Shown piece after piece: positions 55,282 to 64,000 of a stretch of DNA of 64,000 nucleotides. A model generated the notes under the pieces. The model had not been told where the DNA came from, did no database searches, and saw only the letters and a program-made list of their open reading frames with translations. Origin of the DNA: Escherichia coli O127:H6 str. E2348/69 (GTDB taxonomy: Bacteria; Pseudomonadota; Gammaproteobacteria; Enterobacterales; Enterobacteriaceae); NCBI RefSeq assembly GCF_000026545.1, contig NC_011601.1. The stretch is one strand, 5' to 3'. The position numbers and the translations under genes are program-made. Positions within the stretch are counted from its first letter, which is position 1; every line of letters begins with the position of its first letter.

Positions 55282-56328
55282 TCAGGATGTGGGCTGGGTG
55301 TCTAACAGTGCGTAAGGGTTAAAGCGGATCACCTCTTCGCCAAGCCAGTCATTGATGTGCTTCATAGCCTCCATAACGGGCATCAGCTCGTTAATTGCAT
55401 AAACCCGCGCGGCCTTCTCCACATCACCAAACGCACTTTTTTCGCCCGGCATCGCCCCCATCAGTTGCGGCGGAACGCGGTGCGCAGCCAGTACATCATC
55501 ACGGGATGCCGCCTTAACATTCATGAACTCATCCTTTGCGGTGATCTGCTGGAACGGCAAAATTTGCACCCCCTCTTTGCCCCCGTTGGGCGCATGAATG
55601 AGCACGTTTTTAAATGCACCACCACCACGCGCACCCTGTAACGTTTCTTTCAGGGAGTCCATGCTTTCGCGGTTTACCTGCGCTGCACCGATGTAGATGA
55701 TGCACCCGGCGTGGGATCCGTTGTCGTAGTACAGTTTTCTGAACATGTCCGCCGAATGAGAAAGGCTGGCCGAGAGTAATGCGCCAAGATATTCCGGCAT
55801 GCCGTAGATTTCCTGGTTAATATCCGGATTCATCAGGTGGCATACTTTGCCAGGGCGAAACTGAAACGCGTCCTTACCATCCTGCACATACCACCATGAT
55901 TCAAGATCGCTTCCGCGTCGCATGTATTTCGCCAGGGCGTGCCGTAATTTAAGCGGTTCGCCGAGCATATTGCTTCGAAGCTCAAGGAATGCATTACCGA
56001 ACACAAACCAGTCCAGCGCCAGCGCCGAGAAATCCTGCCGGGAAAGCAGCGGGTGCGGGATGTAGCAACCGAGTAATACATTGCGCTTAAAGTAAAGCGC
56101 AGACTGATGCCAGGACGTTTGCCGGGCTGCTCTTGCCAGACCGTACCAGTCCACCGGGGTTTCATACCACCGCCCGTTATCAGCACAGTACATATTGTCC
56201 AGCAGGTCATGCCCGGTCAGGCGATAAGGACCATCAAATGTGAATGCACTGAGCGATGATTCTTTCCTGAGCGCATCAGCGAGATCAATGCGTGAACTCA
56301 TGCGCACTTTTTTGTTTTTTCTGCTCAT
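55282..56328 (-). CDS. Q: Portal protein (P2 gpQ-like)
   Basis: 348-aa ORF, size and position as P2 Q, paired with P on minus strand. Confidence 0.88.
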   Translation of the reverse strand: MSRKNKKVRMSSRIDLADALRKESSLSAFTFDGPYRLTGHDLLDNMYCADNGRWYETPVDWYGLARAARQTSWHQSALYFKRNVLLGCYIPHPLLSRQDFSALALDWFVFGNAFLELRSNMLGEPLKLRHALAKYMRRGSDLESWWYVQDGKDAFQFRPGKVCHLMNPDINQEIYGMPEYLGALLSASLSHSADMFRKLYYDNGSHAGCIIYIGAAQVNRESMDSLKETLQGARGGGAFKNVLIHAPNGGKEGVQILPFQQITAKDEFMNVKAASRDDVLAAHRVPPQLMGAMPGEKSAFGDVEKAARVYAINELMPVMEAMKHINDWLGEEVIRFNPYALLDTQPTS

Positions 56329-58079
56329 CAGAACTCCATAACCGTGAAACGCTCGTTTTCTCCTTCGCCGCCAATCGGTTCGTTAATGACAGCAAGCATG
56401 GTTGCCCACGCAAGGTCGCCGTGGCTGATCCCCCTCGCGCGGTCCGTTTCGTAAGTGATAAAGCCGCCCGGTGTTTTCACCTTACGCACGGCGTTAAAGG
56501 CCGCGACCAGCTCGCGTTCGGCGCGATCGTATTCCCACCGCCCGGCACGCATTATGTGCAGCATTTTCAGTACCAGCGACCGTTTTGATGACAGCGTGAA
56601 GGTGTACGGAATAGCAGCAGGGAAAAACCGTTTCACTATCTGATAAACAGCCTCCCCGTTCCCGCCCGTCACATCAATGCCGATGTGTTCCACGTTGTAG
56701 CGATACGTGAACTCTTCAATGACTCTGGCCTGTTCTTCAAACTCCAGCCCTTGAACGCGTCGCGTCTCCACCGTTCGAAAACGGCCACCAGGAACAGCCG
56801 GAGGAACCACCACGGACACAGCGCCGCTGTCGCCGTTGCCACTACTGCCGTTTGCGTCATACCCAATCCATACCGGACGATTCCCCATCGGGCGGGGAGC
56901 AAAAGGTTTCCAGTCTTTCCAGTCGTCGTATCCGTCAACACCGCAGCCAATCAGGATATTCAGGTTAAATGCCGATTCCCCTTCGCGGACAAACTCACAC
57001 ATATAGAGATTGAGGAACTCGTCTTCGGTGTTTTCATCACGAATTTCGTCGATATCAGTGTGTTTCCAGCCGTGATTAACCACATCTTCCAGCGTGACAA
57101 TTTGCCGCCACGTCCGGTCAGGGCAGATAAGCCCGTTATGCAGCGTTTTCCAGTCCACAGAAAAACGCTGGCGTTTATGCGAGGCCTTTTTCTCATTCCA
57201 GCGGTCGCCGTTCCAGTAGGCGTATGCCTCGTGCGTTTCGGTGGATGGCGTGGAGAAGTAGGTGCGCCGCAGTCCGCTGAGGGTTGCCATAGCGCCAGCC
57301 ACCTTGCGCAGTTCAGCAAAGCGACTGACCCAGAAAAATTCATCAAAATAAAAATTGCCCGTATAGGACTGTGCCGACGCAGCAGAAGTGCCGAGAAAAT
57401 GCAGCTCTGCGCCGTTGGAGAGGATGATTTTATCGCCCCCTTTCAGCTCCACATCAACTTCAGCCGCGGCCTTCTGAATAATGCTTTTAAACTGGAACGC
57501 CTGACGACGCGACGCAGACAAAAAAATCTGGTTACGCTGGTAAGGTTGCGCCACATCGTCACGCAGCGCCATCAGCAGTGCTTCCTGTGCAAAATACCAG
57601 GTCGCCCCAATCTGTCGGGATTTCAGGATCATCCTGTTACGTATCCCGGCTTCCCTGCAAAGGGTCAGGGAGTCAAACCAGCCCCGCTGATGCCACTCCA
57701 GCCTGCTGATGATTTTTTCCCGCAGTGCGGCAATCTGTTCCGGCGTGAAATGATTTTTGAGTTTTTTCGCCCGGCCTTTCTTTCCTGCGGCCGTCGCATC
57801 CGGCTGGCCATCATGCAGCTTTTTAAGCTGCCGGGTCAGCAGGTCTATTTCCTTAAAGTCACCGCCTGTTTTATTCTGTTTTTCAGTAAGCTGGATGAGA
57901 CGCGCATCGATGGACTGCGTGACACGCTGCACGGGTGGCGTTTCATCCCACTGGTCACGTTTTTTCCACGCATAAATCGTGTTCGGGTTTATTCCCATCA
58001 GACGTGATATTTCTGCGGGCGGATAACCCTGCCAGTAAAGTTGCCGCGCACGCTGGCGCACAAAAGCGTCCTGAATCAT
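56328..58079 (-). CDS. P: Terminase large (ATPase) subunit (P2 gpP-like)
   Basis: 583-aa ORF; Q/P divergent from O N M L as in P2. Confidence 0.88.
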   Translation of the reverse strand: MIQDAFVRQRARQLYWQGYPPAEISRLMGINPNTIYAWKKRDQWDETPPVQRVTQSIDARLIQLTEKQNKTGGDFKEIDLLTRQLKKLHDGQPDATAAGKKGRAKKLKNHFTPEQIAALREKIISRLEWHQRGWFDSLTLCREAGIRNRMILKSRQIGATWYFAQEALLMALRDDVAQPYQRNQIFLSASRRQAFQFKSIIQKAAAEVDVELKGGDKIILSNGAELHFLGTSAASAQSYTGNFYFDEFFWVSRFAELRKVAGAMATLSGLRRTYFSTPSTETHEAYAYWNGDRWNEKKASHKRQRFSVDWKTLHNGLICPDRTWRQIVTLEDVVNHGWKHTDIDEIRDENTEDEFLNLYMCEFVREGESAFNLNILIGCGVDGYDDWKDWKPFAPRPMGNRPVWIGYDANGSSGNGDSGAVSVVVPPAVPGGRFRTVETRRVQGLEFEEQARVIEEFTYRYNVEHIGIDVTGGNGEAVYQIVKRFFPAAIPYTFTLSSKRSLVLKMLHIMRAGRWEYDRAERELVAAFNAVRKVKTPGGFITYETDRARGISHGDLAWATMLAVINEPIGGEGENERFTVMEF

Positions 58080-58233
58080 TGCTCCCCCTGAGTAATTACA
58101 GGAAGATTACCCGCGCGCGAAACTGTTCTCCTTAACCCCCTGTTCTGGCCGTTTTCTTACAACAAAAGCCCTTTGTATCAGCCTGTTACGCTTTGCCATC
58201 ATGACTGAAGAACCAGTCAGAGGGGCAAAAACT

Positions 58234-59070
58234 ATGGCTAATGAAAAAAAGACATCCCGCAAAAAGTTTCGCGTGGCTGTCTCCGGATCAACTGTTGATG
58301 GCCGTGAAATCAGTCCGGTGCATCTGCGTGAAGCCGCCGAGAACTTCAACCCGGATGTTTACGCTGCCCGCGTGAACGTTGAGCACTATCTCTCGCCATG
58401 CCCGTCAAGCGAATTTTCCGCAATGGGCGATGTCACCGCACTGAGTACGGAAGACATTACGGAAGGTCCGCTGGCCGGACGTACTGCGCTGTATGCAGAA
58501 ATCGAACCGACCGAGCGCATGAAGCAGCTTGTCGCGGACGGCAAGAAAATCTATTCCAGTATCGAACTGCACCCGCAGTTCTCCGTTAACGGGCGCGCCT
58601 ATCTGGTCGGGCTGGCGATGACCGACACCCCGGCAAGCCTGGGCACTGAGCGCCTGAAATTCACGGCACAGCAACGTCAGGCGGTGATGACGTTCAACAG
58701 TATCCAGGGTGAAGCGCCGCTTATCTCCGAAGCCATCGAGTCTGAAATCATCGAAATGGCAGAACAACGCCAGGAAGAAGGCACCCAGTGGTTTAACCGC
58801 GTAATGGGGATTATTGGCCGTGGCCGCAAAGCGGATGACGCCAGTTTTTCCCGTATTCAGGAAGCGGTGGAAGGCGTCGCAACGTCACAGGCCGACATTA
58901 TCGACCGTTTTAATGTGCTGGAAACCCGCCATCAGCAGGACCGCCAGAAAATTACGTCACTGACCACAGAGCTGGCAGCACTGAAGGAAAAACTGCGCAC
59001 GCAGGACGGCGATCCGCAGAACCGGTTCACCGCAACAGGTGCAGCCTCCGACCAGCTGGCTGACTTCTGA
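58234..59070 (+). CDS. O: Capsid scaffolding protein (P2 gpO-like)
   Basis: Similarity to P2 O (…YLVGLAMTDTPASLGTE…); start at internal Met MANEKK. Confidence 0.85.
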   Translation: MANEKKTSRKKFRVAVSGSTVDGREISPVHLREAAENFNPDVYAARVNVEHYLSPCPSSEFSAMGDVTALSTEDITEGPLAGRTALYAEIEPTERMKQLVADGKKIYSSIELHPQFSVNGRAYLVGLAMTDTPASLGTERLKFTAQQRQAVMTFNSIQGEAPLISEAIESEIIEMAEQRQEEGTQWFNRVMGIIGRGRKADDASFSRIQEAVEGVATSQADIIDRFNVLETRHQQDRQKITSLTTELAALKEKLRTQDGDPQNRFTATGAASDQLADF

Positions 59071-59093
59071 TAAGACAAAGGAGCAAATTTTTT

Positions 59094-60146
59094 ATGAATC
59101 TGGTGATGTCAGATATTACCCGCAACAAGCTGGGTTGCTATATGGCGCAGCAGGCGTCGCTTAATAATATTCCGGTTTCCGCACTGGTATCGCGATTTAC
59201 CGTGGAACCCTCGGTGCAGCAGCGTTTTGAAAACGCCTCAAAGGAAAGCACCGAATTTACAAAAAGAATTAACGTGATCGGCGTGACCGACCAGAAAGGC
59301 GAAAAAATCCTCCTGGACACCACCGGGCCAATTGCACGCACGAATACCGGTTATGACGGCACAAAACGCCGTAACCCGAATAACGTGGTTGATCTGAAAA
59401 ACCGCAAATACCAGTGCGAACAGGTGAACTACGACACGTTTATTTCATATCCGCAGCTTGATGCCTGGGCGGCACATCCTGATTTTCAGTCCCGCATCAG
59501 CGCACAGATTGCCCGGCAGGTGGCGCTTGACCGCATCATGATCGGTTTCAACGGCACGTCTCACGCGGATGAGTCCAACTTCAGCACCAACAAGCTGCTT
59601 CAGGACGTTAACGTGGGATGGCTGGAGCACATCAGAACCGACGCCAGCGAACGCGTTATGAATGACGTGACGCTGACCTCCCGCAACATGGACAACACCG
59701 TGGCGCACGCGGGTAAGTATGCGAACGCTGATGCACTGGTACAGGACGCGCGTTCATCCCTGCTGGATGAATGGCACAAGGAAGCTGACGACCTTGTGGT
59801 GATTATGGGGCGCAACCTGTTTAACTCGCTGCGTCTGCCCGTGCTGAACAGCATCAGCGGCCAGAATCCCAATGCGGAATTACTTGCCGGGCAGCTCATC
59901 CTGTCATCGCGCACCATTGGCGGGCTGGGCGTGTTCCTTGCACCGTTCTTCCCGGATGCAACGATGCTGATCACCTCGTTCAACAACCTGTCGATTTACT
60001 GGCAGAAAGGTTCAATGCGTCGCCTGATGAAAGACGAGCCGGAATACAACCGCATCGCCACCTACCAGTCCATCAATGACGCTTATGTCGTTGAAGACTA
60101 TGGCAAGTGCGCGATGGTTACTGGCCTGAAGTTCGCCGACAGCTAA
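59094..60146 (+). CDS. N: Major capsid protein (P2 gpN-like)
   Basis: 350-aa ORF after scaffold gene. Confidence 0.88.
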   Translation: MNLVMSDITRNKLGCYMAQQASLNNIPVSALVSRFTVEPSVQQRFENASKESTEFTKRINVIGVTDQKGEKILLDTTGPIARTNTGYDGTKRRNPNNVVDLKNRKYQCEQVNYDTFISYPQLDAWAAHPDFQSRISAQIARQVALDRIMIGFNGTSHADESNFSTNKLLQDVNVGWLEHIRTDASERVMNDVTLTSRNMDNTVAHAGKYANADALVQDARSSLLDEWHKEADDLVVIMGRNLFNSLRLPVLNSISGQNPNAELLAGQLILSSRTIGGLGVFLAPFFPDATMLITSFNNLSIYWQKGSMRRLMKDEPEYNRIATYQSINDAYVVEDYGKCAMVTGLKFADS

Positions 60147-60191
60147 TCAACTCACGGCGGGCATCATGCCCGCCTGTAACGGAGAGAAAAA

Positions 60192-60992
60192 ATGATTACT
60201 CCTGCACAGCAACACTGGCAGAACGTGATGGCACAGCGCGCAGGCCGGGCGAATGAAGGCGTGGACCACGCCGCGCGTACCGCGCATGAAGAGGTGCTGT
60301 ATCGTCTGCGTCTGGCACAGGCCCGGCTTAAGGGCGTACAGGCCAGAAGCGCGAAAGCCGCCATCAAAAAAGAGTTGTTGCCGGATTTTTCCGGCTGGAT
60401 TGAGGGAACGCTGGAGGCTGACGGCGGGCAGCAGGATGAAGTGATTGCCACGCTGATGGTGTGGGCGATTGACTGTGGCGATCTTCCGCTGGCGTTGCGT
60501 ATTGGTGCGTATGTGGTCCGTCACAACCTCATCATGCCGGATAACTTTGGCCGTACTGCTGCCACGGTACTGACCGAAGAAATCTGTAATCCGGTACTGA
60601 CGCAGGCCGGGACGGATGCCGACGCGGATTTGTCCGCCTTTATCGAACCACTGGACACCCTCCGGGAGATTGTCACCGACCAGGACATGCCGGACGAAGT
60701 GCGCGCCAAATTATGCAAAGCGTGCGCCTTTGCCCGCCGTGGCCTGAGTGATGCGGACAGCATGGCCCTGTCACTGAAGCTGCTGCGCGAAGCAATGCAC
60801 CTGAACCCGAACGCAGGTGTGAAACGCGAGATTGCAACCCTTTCCCGCGCCCTGAAAAAAGCCGATTCCGCAGCCGCACCAGAAGATGCCAGCACACCGC
60901 AGGCGCAGGACGAAAGCAGCAAAAGTAAAAAGACAACGCGGAAGCCTGCAACACGAAAAACCACCGCGACGCAGAAGGCGAAGCGCGGTTAA
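60192..60992 (+). CDS. M: Terminase small/endonuclease subunit (P2 gpM-like)
   Basis: Contains MPDEVRAKL motif shared with P2 M. Confidence 0.85.
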   Translation: MITPAQQHWQNVMAQRAGRANEGVDHAARTAHEEVLYRLRLAQARLKGVQARSAKAAIKKELLPDFSGWIEGTLEADGGQQDEVIATLMVWAIDCGDLPLALRIGAYVVRHNLIMPDNFGRTAATVLTEEICNPVLTQAGTDADADLSAFIEPLDTLREIVTDQDMPDEVRAKLCKACAFARRGLSDADSMALSLKLLREAMHLNPNAGVKREIATLSRALKKADSAAAPEDASTPQAQDESSKSKKTTRKPATRKTTATQKAKRG

Positions 60993-61084
60993 CGACTGAC
61001 CCCGTCAGCGGGCGGCGTGCGCGGTGTTCCGGTTTGACTCCGTGACCGCTTACACCGCGCACCCACCGCCCGATTTTTTCAGGA

Positions 61085-61588
61085 GTGAACCCCATGAGTA
61101 TGGTTGCCAGAACCAACCCCGGACCCGCAGAGGACGACATCACCGATACCGATGATGGCGATACCCGCATTTCAGCGGGTGCATTCTGGCCGGATATTGT
61201 GCTGCGCGAGCTGCGTCTGGCGGTACGACTGCCGGGGCGCGTGACCACCTCCCGCCTGCTGCATACTGCCACCGGGGCTGTGGCACACGTTACCCGCGAG
61301 CTGGAAGCATGGCAGCAGGAACAGCAGGCAGCTGGCCATCAGACGCTGGCCGATGTTCCGGCACCCGTAATTAACGGAGAAAGCGTCAATCTCTGGCACT
61401 GGCGCAATGCTGTTTATACCGCCACGCGCGCCCTGATTCTGGAGCGTTATCGTGATGCAGACACTACGGACAAGGGCGACCGCCGGGCGGACGCTCTGGA
61501 TATACAGACATCGGATTTGTGGCGTGATGTGAGCTGGGCCATCTCTGACATTCTGTGCCGCCCGCGAATCTTTGCGGAGTTGTGCTGA
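61085..61588 (+). CDS. L: Head completion/stabilisation protein (P2 gpL-like)
   Basis: 167-aa ORF, position. Confidence 0.8.
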   Translation: MNPMSMVARTNPGPAEDDITDTDDGDTRISAGAFWPDIVLRELRLAVRLPGRVTTSRLLHTATGAVAHVTRELEAWQQEQQAAGHQTLADVPAPVINGESVNLWHWRNAVYTATRALILERYRDADTTDKGDRRADALDIQTSDLWRDVSWAISDILCRPRIFAELC

Positions 61589-61788
61589 TGAAAGTGAAGG
61601 CACTGGAAGGCGACACCGTGGATTCGCTCTGTTTCCGGTACTACGGCACGACGCAGGGCGTCACCGAAAAGGTGCTGGATGCCAACCCCGGACTCTGTCA
61701 GCAGGTATTTCTGGACGCCGGGCAGGAAGTGGAGATGCCGGAGCCGGAGAAGAAGAAACGAGAAATGATTCAGTTGTGGGGGGAGTAG
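61588..61788 (+). CDS. X: Tail protein X (LysM-like)
   Basis: MKVKALEGDTVDSLCFRYYGTTQGV...LWGE parallels P2 gpX; TGATG overlap with L. Confidence 0.75.
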   Translation: MKVKALEGDTVDSLCFRYYGTTQGVTEKVLDANPGLCQQVFLDAGQEVEMPEPEKKKREMIQLWGE

Positions 61789-61790
61789 CA

Positions 61791-62114
61791 GTGAGCACCA
61801 TTCAAACAGGGATCACAGAGCAGGTTATTGCGTGGCTCTTTGACCACCTGCCAACGGTGTATGCAGTAGGCGCGGCGGTCAGCATTTCCGCGCTGATGAG
61901 CCTTTATGACGGACGAACACTGGTTCAGACCGTAACGGGATCGCTGGCGTGCGGCGTTCTTGCCATGGCCGTGGCCGGGTCGTTGCGCTTCTTCGGGTTT
62001 CCTGAAGATGCCGTGACGTTTATCGGCGCATCAATCGGTTTTATGGGTGCAGAGAAAGCACGCGACAAGGTTATTGCGGCCTTTAATCGCAGGGTGAAGG
62101 AGAAGGACGAATGA
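61791..62114 (+). CDS. Y: Holin (P2 gpY-like), GTG start assumed
   Basis: Hydrophobic ~107-aa product with two or three predicted TM segments directly upstream of endolysin. Confidence 0.55.
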   Translation: MSTIQTGITEQVIAWLFDHLPTVYAVGAAVSISALMSLYDGRTLVQTVTGSLACGVLAMAVAGSLRFFGFPEDAVTFIGASIGFMGAEKARDKVIAAFNRRVKEKDE

Positions 62115-62503
62115 GCAACACATTTAAATTCAGCAGCCGGAGCGAAAAGAATTTGCAGGGCGTAAATCCTGATCTGGTGAAAGTGACCCGACGGGCACTG
62201 GAAATCTCGGAAGTGGATTTTGGTATCACCGAAGGGTTGCGCAGCCGTTACCGCCAGAAGCAACTGGTGGCCACGGGTAAGAGCCAGACCATGAACAGCC
62301 GCCACCTTACGGGGCATGCCGTGGATGTTGTGGCTTATATCGGCAGCCAGGTGTCATGGGAATGGCCGCTGTACGAAAAAATCGCAGCAGCATTCAGACA
62401 GGCCAGCCGGGAACTGAATATTCCGGTGGAATGGGGCGGCGACTGGAAGACCCTGAAAGACGGACCGCATTTTCAGTTACCACACGGAGCCTATCCGGCA
62501 TGA
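62111..62503 (+). CDS. Endolysin, peptidase M15 family (L-alanyl-D-glutamate endopeptidase type)
   Basis: 130-aa ORF resembling T5-type endolysin (MS..FKF...SEKNL..V.P.L..V.RRALE....DF.I.EG.R....Q......G.S....SRH.TG.A.D...Y). Confidence 0.8.
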   Translation: MSNTFKFSSRSEKNLQGVNPDLVKVTRRALEISEVDFGITEGLRSRYRQKQLVATGKSQTMNSRHLTGHAVDVVAYIGSQVSWEWPLYEKIAAAFRQASRELNIPVEWGGDWKTLKDGPHFQLPHGAYPA

Positions 62504-62907
62504 AGCTCTGGCCCACGCTTGGCGTCGCTTTCCTTCTGACTGCCGGATGGGGAACATCCATGCGTCTGTCGTGGTCGCTGGGCCGGGAGAACGCCAGAAA
62601 CGAAGCGCAGGCCAGCACCCTGAAAAGTACCGCCGACACCCTGAATATCATCAGCGCCGGGGTACAGGATATGCAGCAGGTGCTGGCGCAACTCCGCGTG
62701 GAAAATCAGCAACGCAATCAGGACGGAGAGGTAAGACGTGAACAGCTACGCAACGATATTGCAAAAGATGAATGCGCCCACGCTTTGCCTGACGCTCGTT
62801 TTACTGACAGGCTGCGCAGGCACGCAGAACGCGCCACTGCCAGCGCCGTCAGTCCGGCTTATACCGCAGACGCTGACCATACCGGTAACGCCTCCCCCCT
62901 TCCCTGA
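62500..62907 (+). CDS. lysB: i-spanin (LysB/Rz-like)
   Basis: N-terminal TM segment MKLWPTLGVAFLLTAGWG then coiled-coil-like periplasmic part; start overlaps endolysin stop. Confidence 0.6.
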   Translation: MKLWPTLGVAFLLTAGWGTSMRLSWSLGRENARNEAQASTLKSTADTLNIISAGVQDMQQVLAQLRVENQQRNQDGEVRREQLRNDIAKDECAHALPDARFTDRLRRHAERATASAVSPAYTADADHTGNASPLP

Positions 62908-63058
62908 CACTCCCACATGGGGAAAACTCGGTATATGGGGCGACCACCTTCTGGATGCACTGGAAACCTGTAACGCGGATAAACGGGCCATTGAATTACT
63001 GGAACAGCGCAGGCTGCAACGACTGAACAACGAGGATAACAACCATGCTGAAAACTGA
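62768..63058 (+). CDS. lysC: o-spanin lipoprotein (LysC/Rz1-like), starts inside lysB in another frame
   Basis: Signal peptide with lipobox LTGC and Pro-rich mature region. Confidence 0.55.
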   Translation: MNAPTLCLTLVLLTGCAGTQNAPLPAPSVRLIPQTLTIPVTPPPFPDTPTWGKLGIWGDHLLDALETCNADKRAIELLEQRRLQRLNNEDNNHAEN

Positions 63059-63512
63059 TTCCCTGCGTGAAGCCATGACCCGTTCATGCCGATGGTGTCA
63101 GGCCAACCCGGAAAAATTCACCATTTTCGTGGAGAGCGGCAACATTGAAACGACCGGAGAAACTCCCTCGTTTGTTTACCGCTATCAGATGGTGATGTTT
63201 GTCATGGATTACGCCGGAGAGCTGGACGACCTCACGCTGCCGCTGCTGGCCTGGTTATCCGAAAATCAGCCACAGTTGTTGCTCAATCCGGAGCGTAATC
63301 AGGACATCAAATTTTCTGCCGTTATCAATGACGATGACAGCGCCGATCTCCTGTTTACGCTCCCCCTGCGGGAACGCGTTCGCATCACGCGCAGCAGTCA
63401 GGGTACACCGCAGGCAGAACACCTGCCGGAGCCAAAACCCCGCCTGCCCTCTTCCGAAGGCGAATGGTCGCATGTATTCCAGGATGTGACGTGGGGTGAA
63501 AGCGATGGATAA
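63045..63512 (+). CDS. R: Tail completion protein (P2 gpR-like)
   Basis: 155-aa ORF, size/position as P2 R. Confidence 0.7.
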   Translation: MLKTDSLREAMTRSCRWCQANPEKFTIFVESGNIETTGETPSFVYRYQMVMFVMDYAGELDDLTLPLLAWLSENQPQLLLNPERNQDIKFSAVINDDDSADLLFTLPLRERVRITRSSQGTPQAEHLPEPKPRLPSSEGEWSHVFQDVTWGESDG

Positions 63513-64000
63513 GGCATTCATCCGCGTGGATGAAACCCTTGAGGCCATCCGCGACAGCCTGAATCAGCAGGCCATCAATAACATCGCCAGAAAGCTGGCA
63601 CAGGATTTACGCCGCGCCCAGCAGGCGCGCATCCGGTCACAGAAAGCGCCGGACGGGACCGCGTGGACACCACGCAGACGCCGCGTAACCCGGATACAGG
63701 AGCGCATTCGCTTTATCTGGAATAACGAAGCACGCACGCTGAAAAACTGGCATCACGACACGGGGAAATACGGGCGAACCATTACCGGGTGGGATGAGGA
63801 TAAAAACAATATCCGCACGTTTTACCGGGATGACATCGACCGTTTTCTGGAAATACGCACCCGGCGCATCAACCAGGACAGTACAAAGCGCGTCCCCATG
63901 TTCGTAAAACTGCGCACCGCCCGCTACCTGAAAGCCCGTGCAGATGCTTCCGGTGTGACGGTGGGTTACAGCGGCGTGGCCGCACGTATTGCACGCGTTC
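63505..64000 (+). CDS. S: Tail completion protein (P2 gpS-like), 3' end beyond window
   Basis: Open frame from ATG ~63505 (MDKAFIRVDETLEAIRDSLN...) to window end. Confidence 0.7.
   Translation, partial: MDKAFIRVDETLEAIRDSLNQQAINNIARKLAQDLRRAQQARIRSQKAPDGTAWTPRRRRVTRIQERIRFIWNNEARTLKNWHHDTGKYGRTITGWDEDKNNIRTFYRDDIDRFLEIRTRRINQDSTKRVPMFVKLRTARYLKARADASGVTVGYSGVAARIARV

Larger units (their letters stand above)
42650..64000. mobile_element. P2-like (Peduovirus-type) prophage, left portion: int–C / cox–early ORFs–A, cargo slot, cos, Q P / O N M L X Y lysis R S; right end beyond window
   Basis: P2 gene order and recognisable homologues of Int, C, A (HUH two-Tyr replicase), Q, P, O, N, M, L, X, R, S; inserted where K-12 has ihfA adjacent to btuC. 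Confidence 0.9.

Overview
The window is an Escherichia coli-type chromosomal segment followed by the left ~21 kb of an integrated P2-like prophage. Core part (1 to ~42.6 kb) is co-linear with the K-12 ydhV–pykF–lpp–sufABCDSE–ydiH–ydiJ–ydiK–rprA–ydiLMN–ydiB–aroD–ydiF–ydiO–ydiP–ydiQRST–fadK–ppsA–ppsR–aroH–ydiE–selO–ydiV–nlpC–btuDEC region. The prophage starts just upstream of btuC, where K-12 would continue into ihfA, with int–C / cox–A early genes, a cargo slot, then Q P / O N M L X, lysis genes, R and S running off the right edge. The cargo slot between replication gene A and portal gene Q holds a ParM/ParR-like partition module and an AT-rich two-gene cassette: a classic AAA+ ATPase with a C-terminal HTH, translationally coupled to a 734-aa signal-peptide-less subtilisin-like (S8) serine peptidase. 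That pair is the best candidate for an anti-phage or abortive-infection system here; its gene content resembles what has been described for ATPase + S8 peptidase defence pairs (IetAS-type), but homology was not verified. All calls rest on reading the sequence and ORF translations against remembered protein families; no database search was run. Coordinates of internal starts and non-ORF sites are approximate to a few nt.
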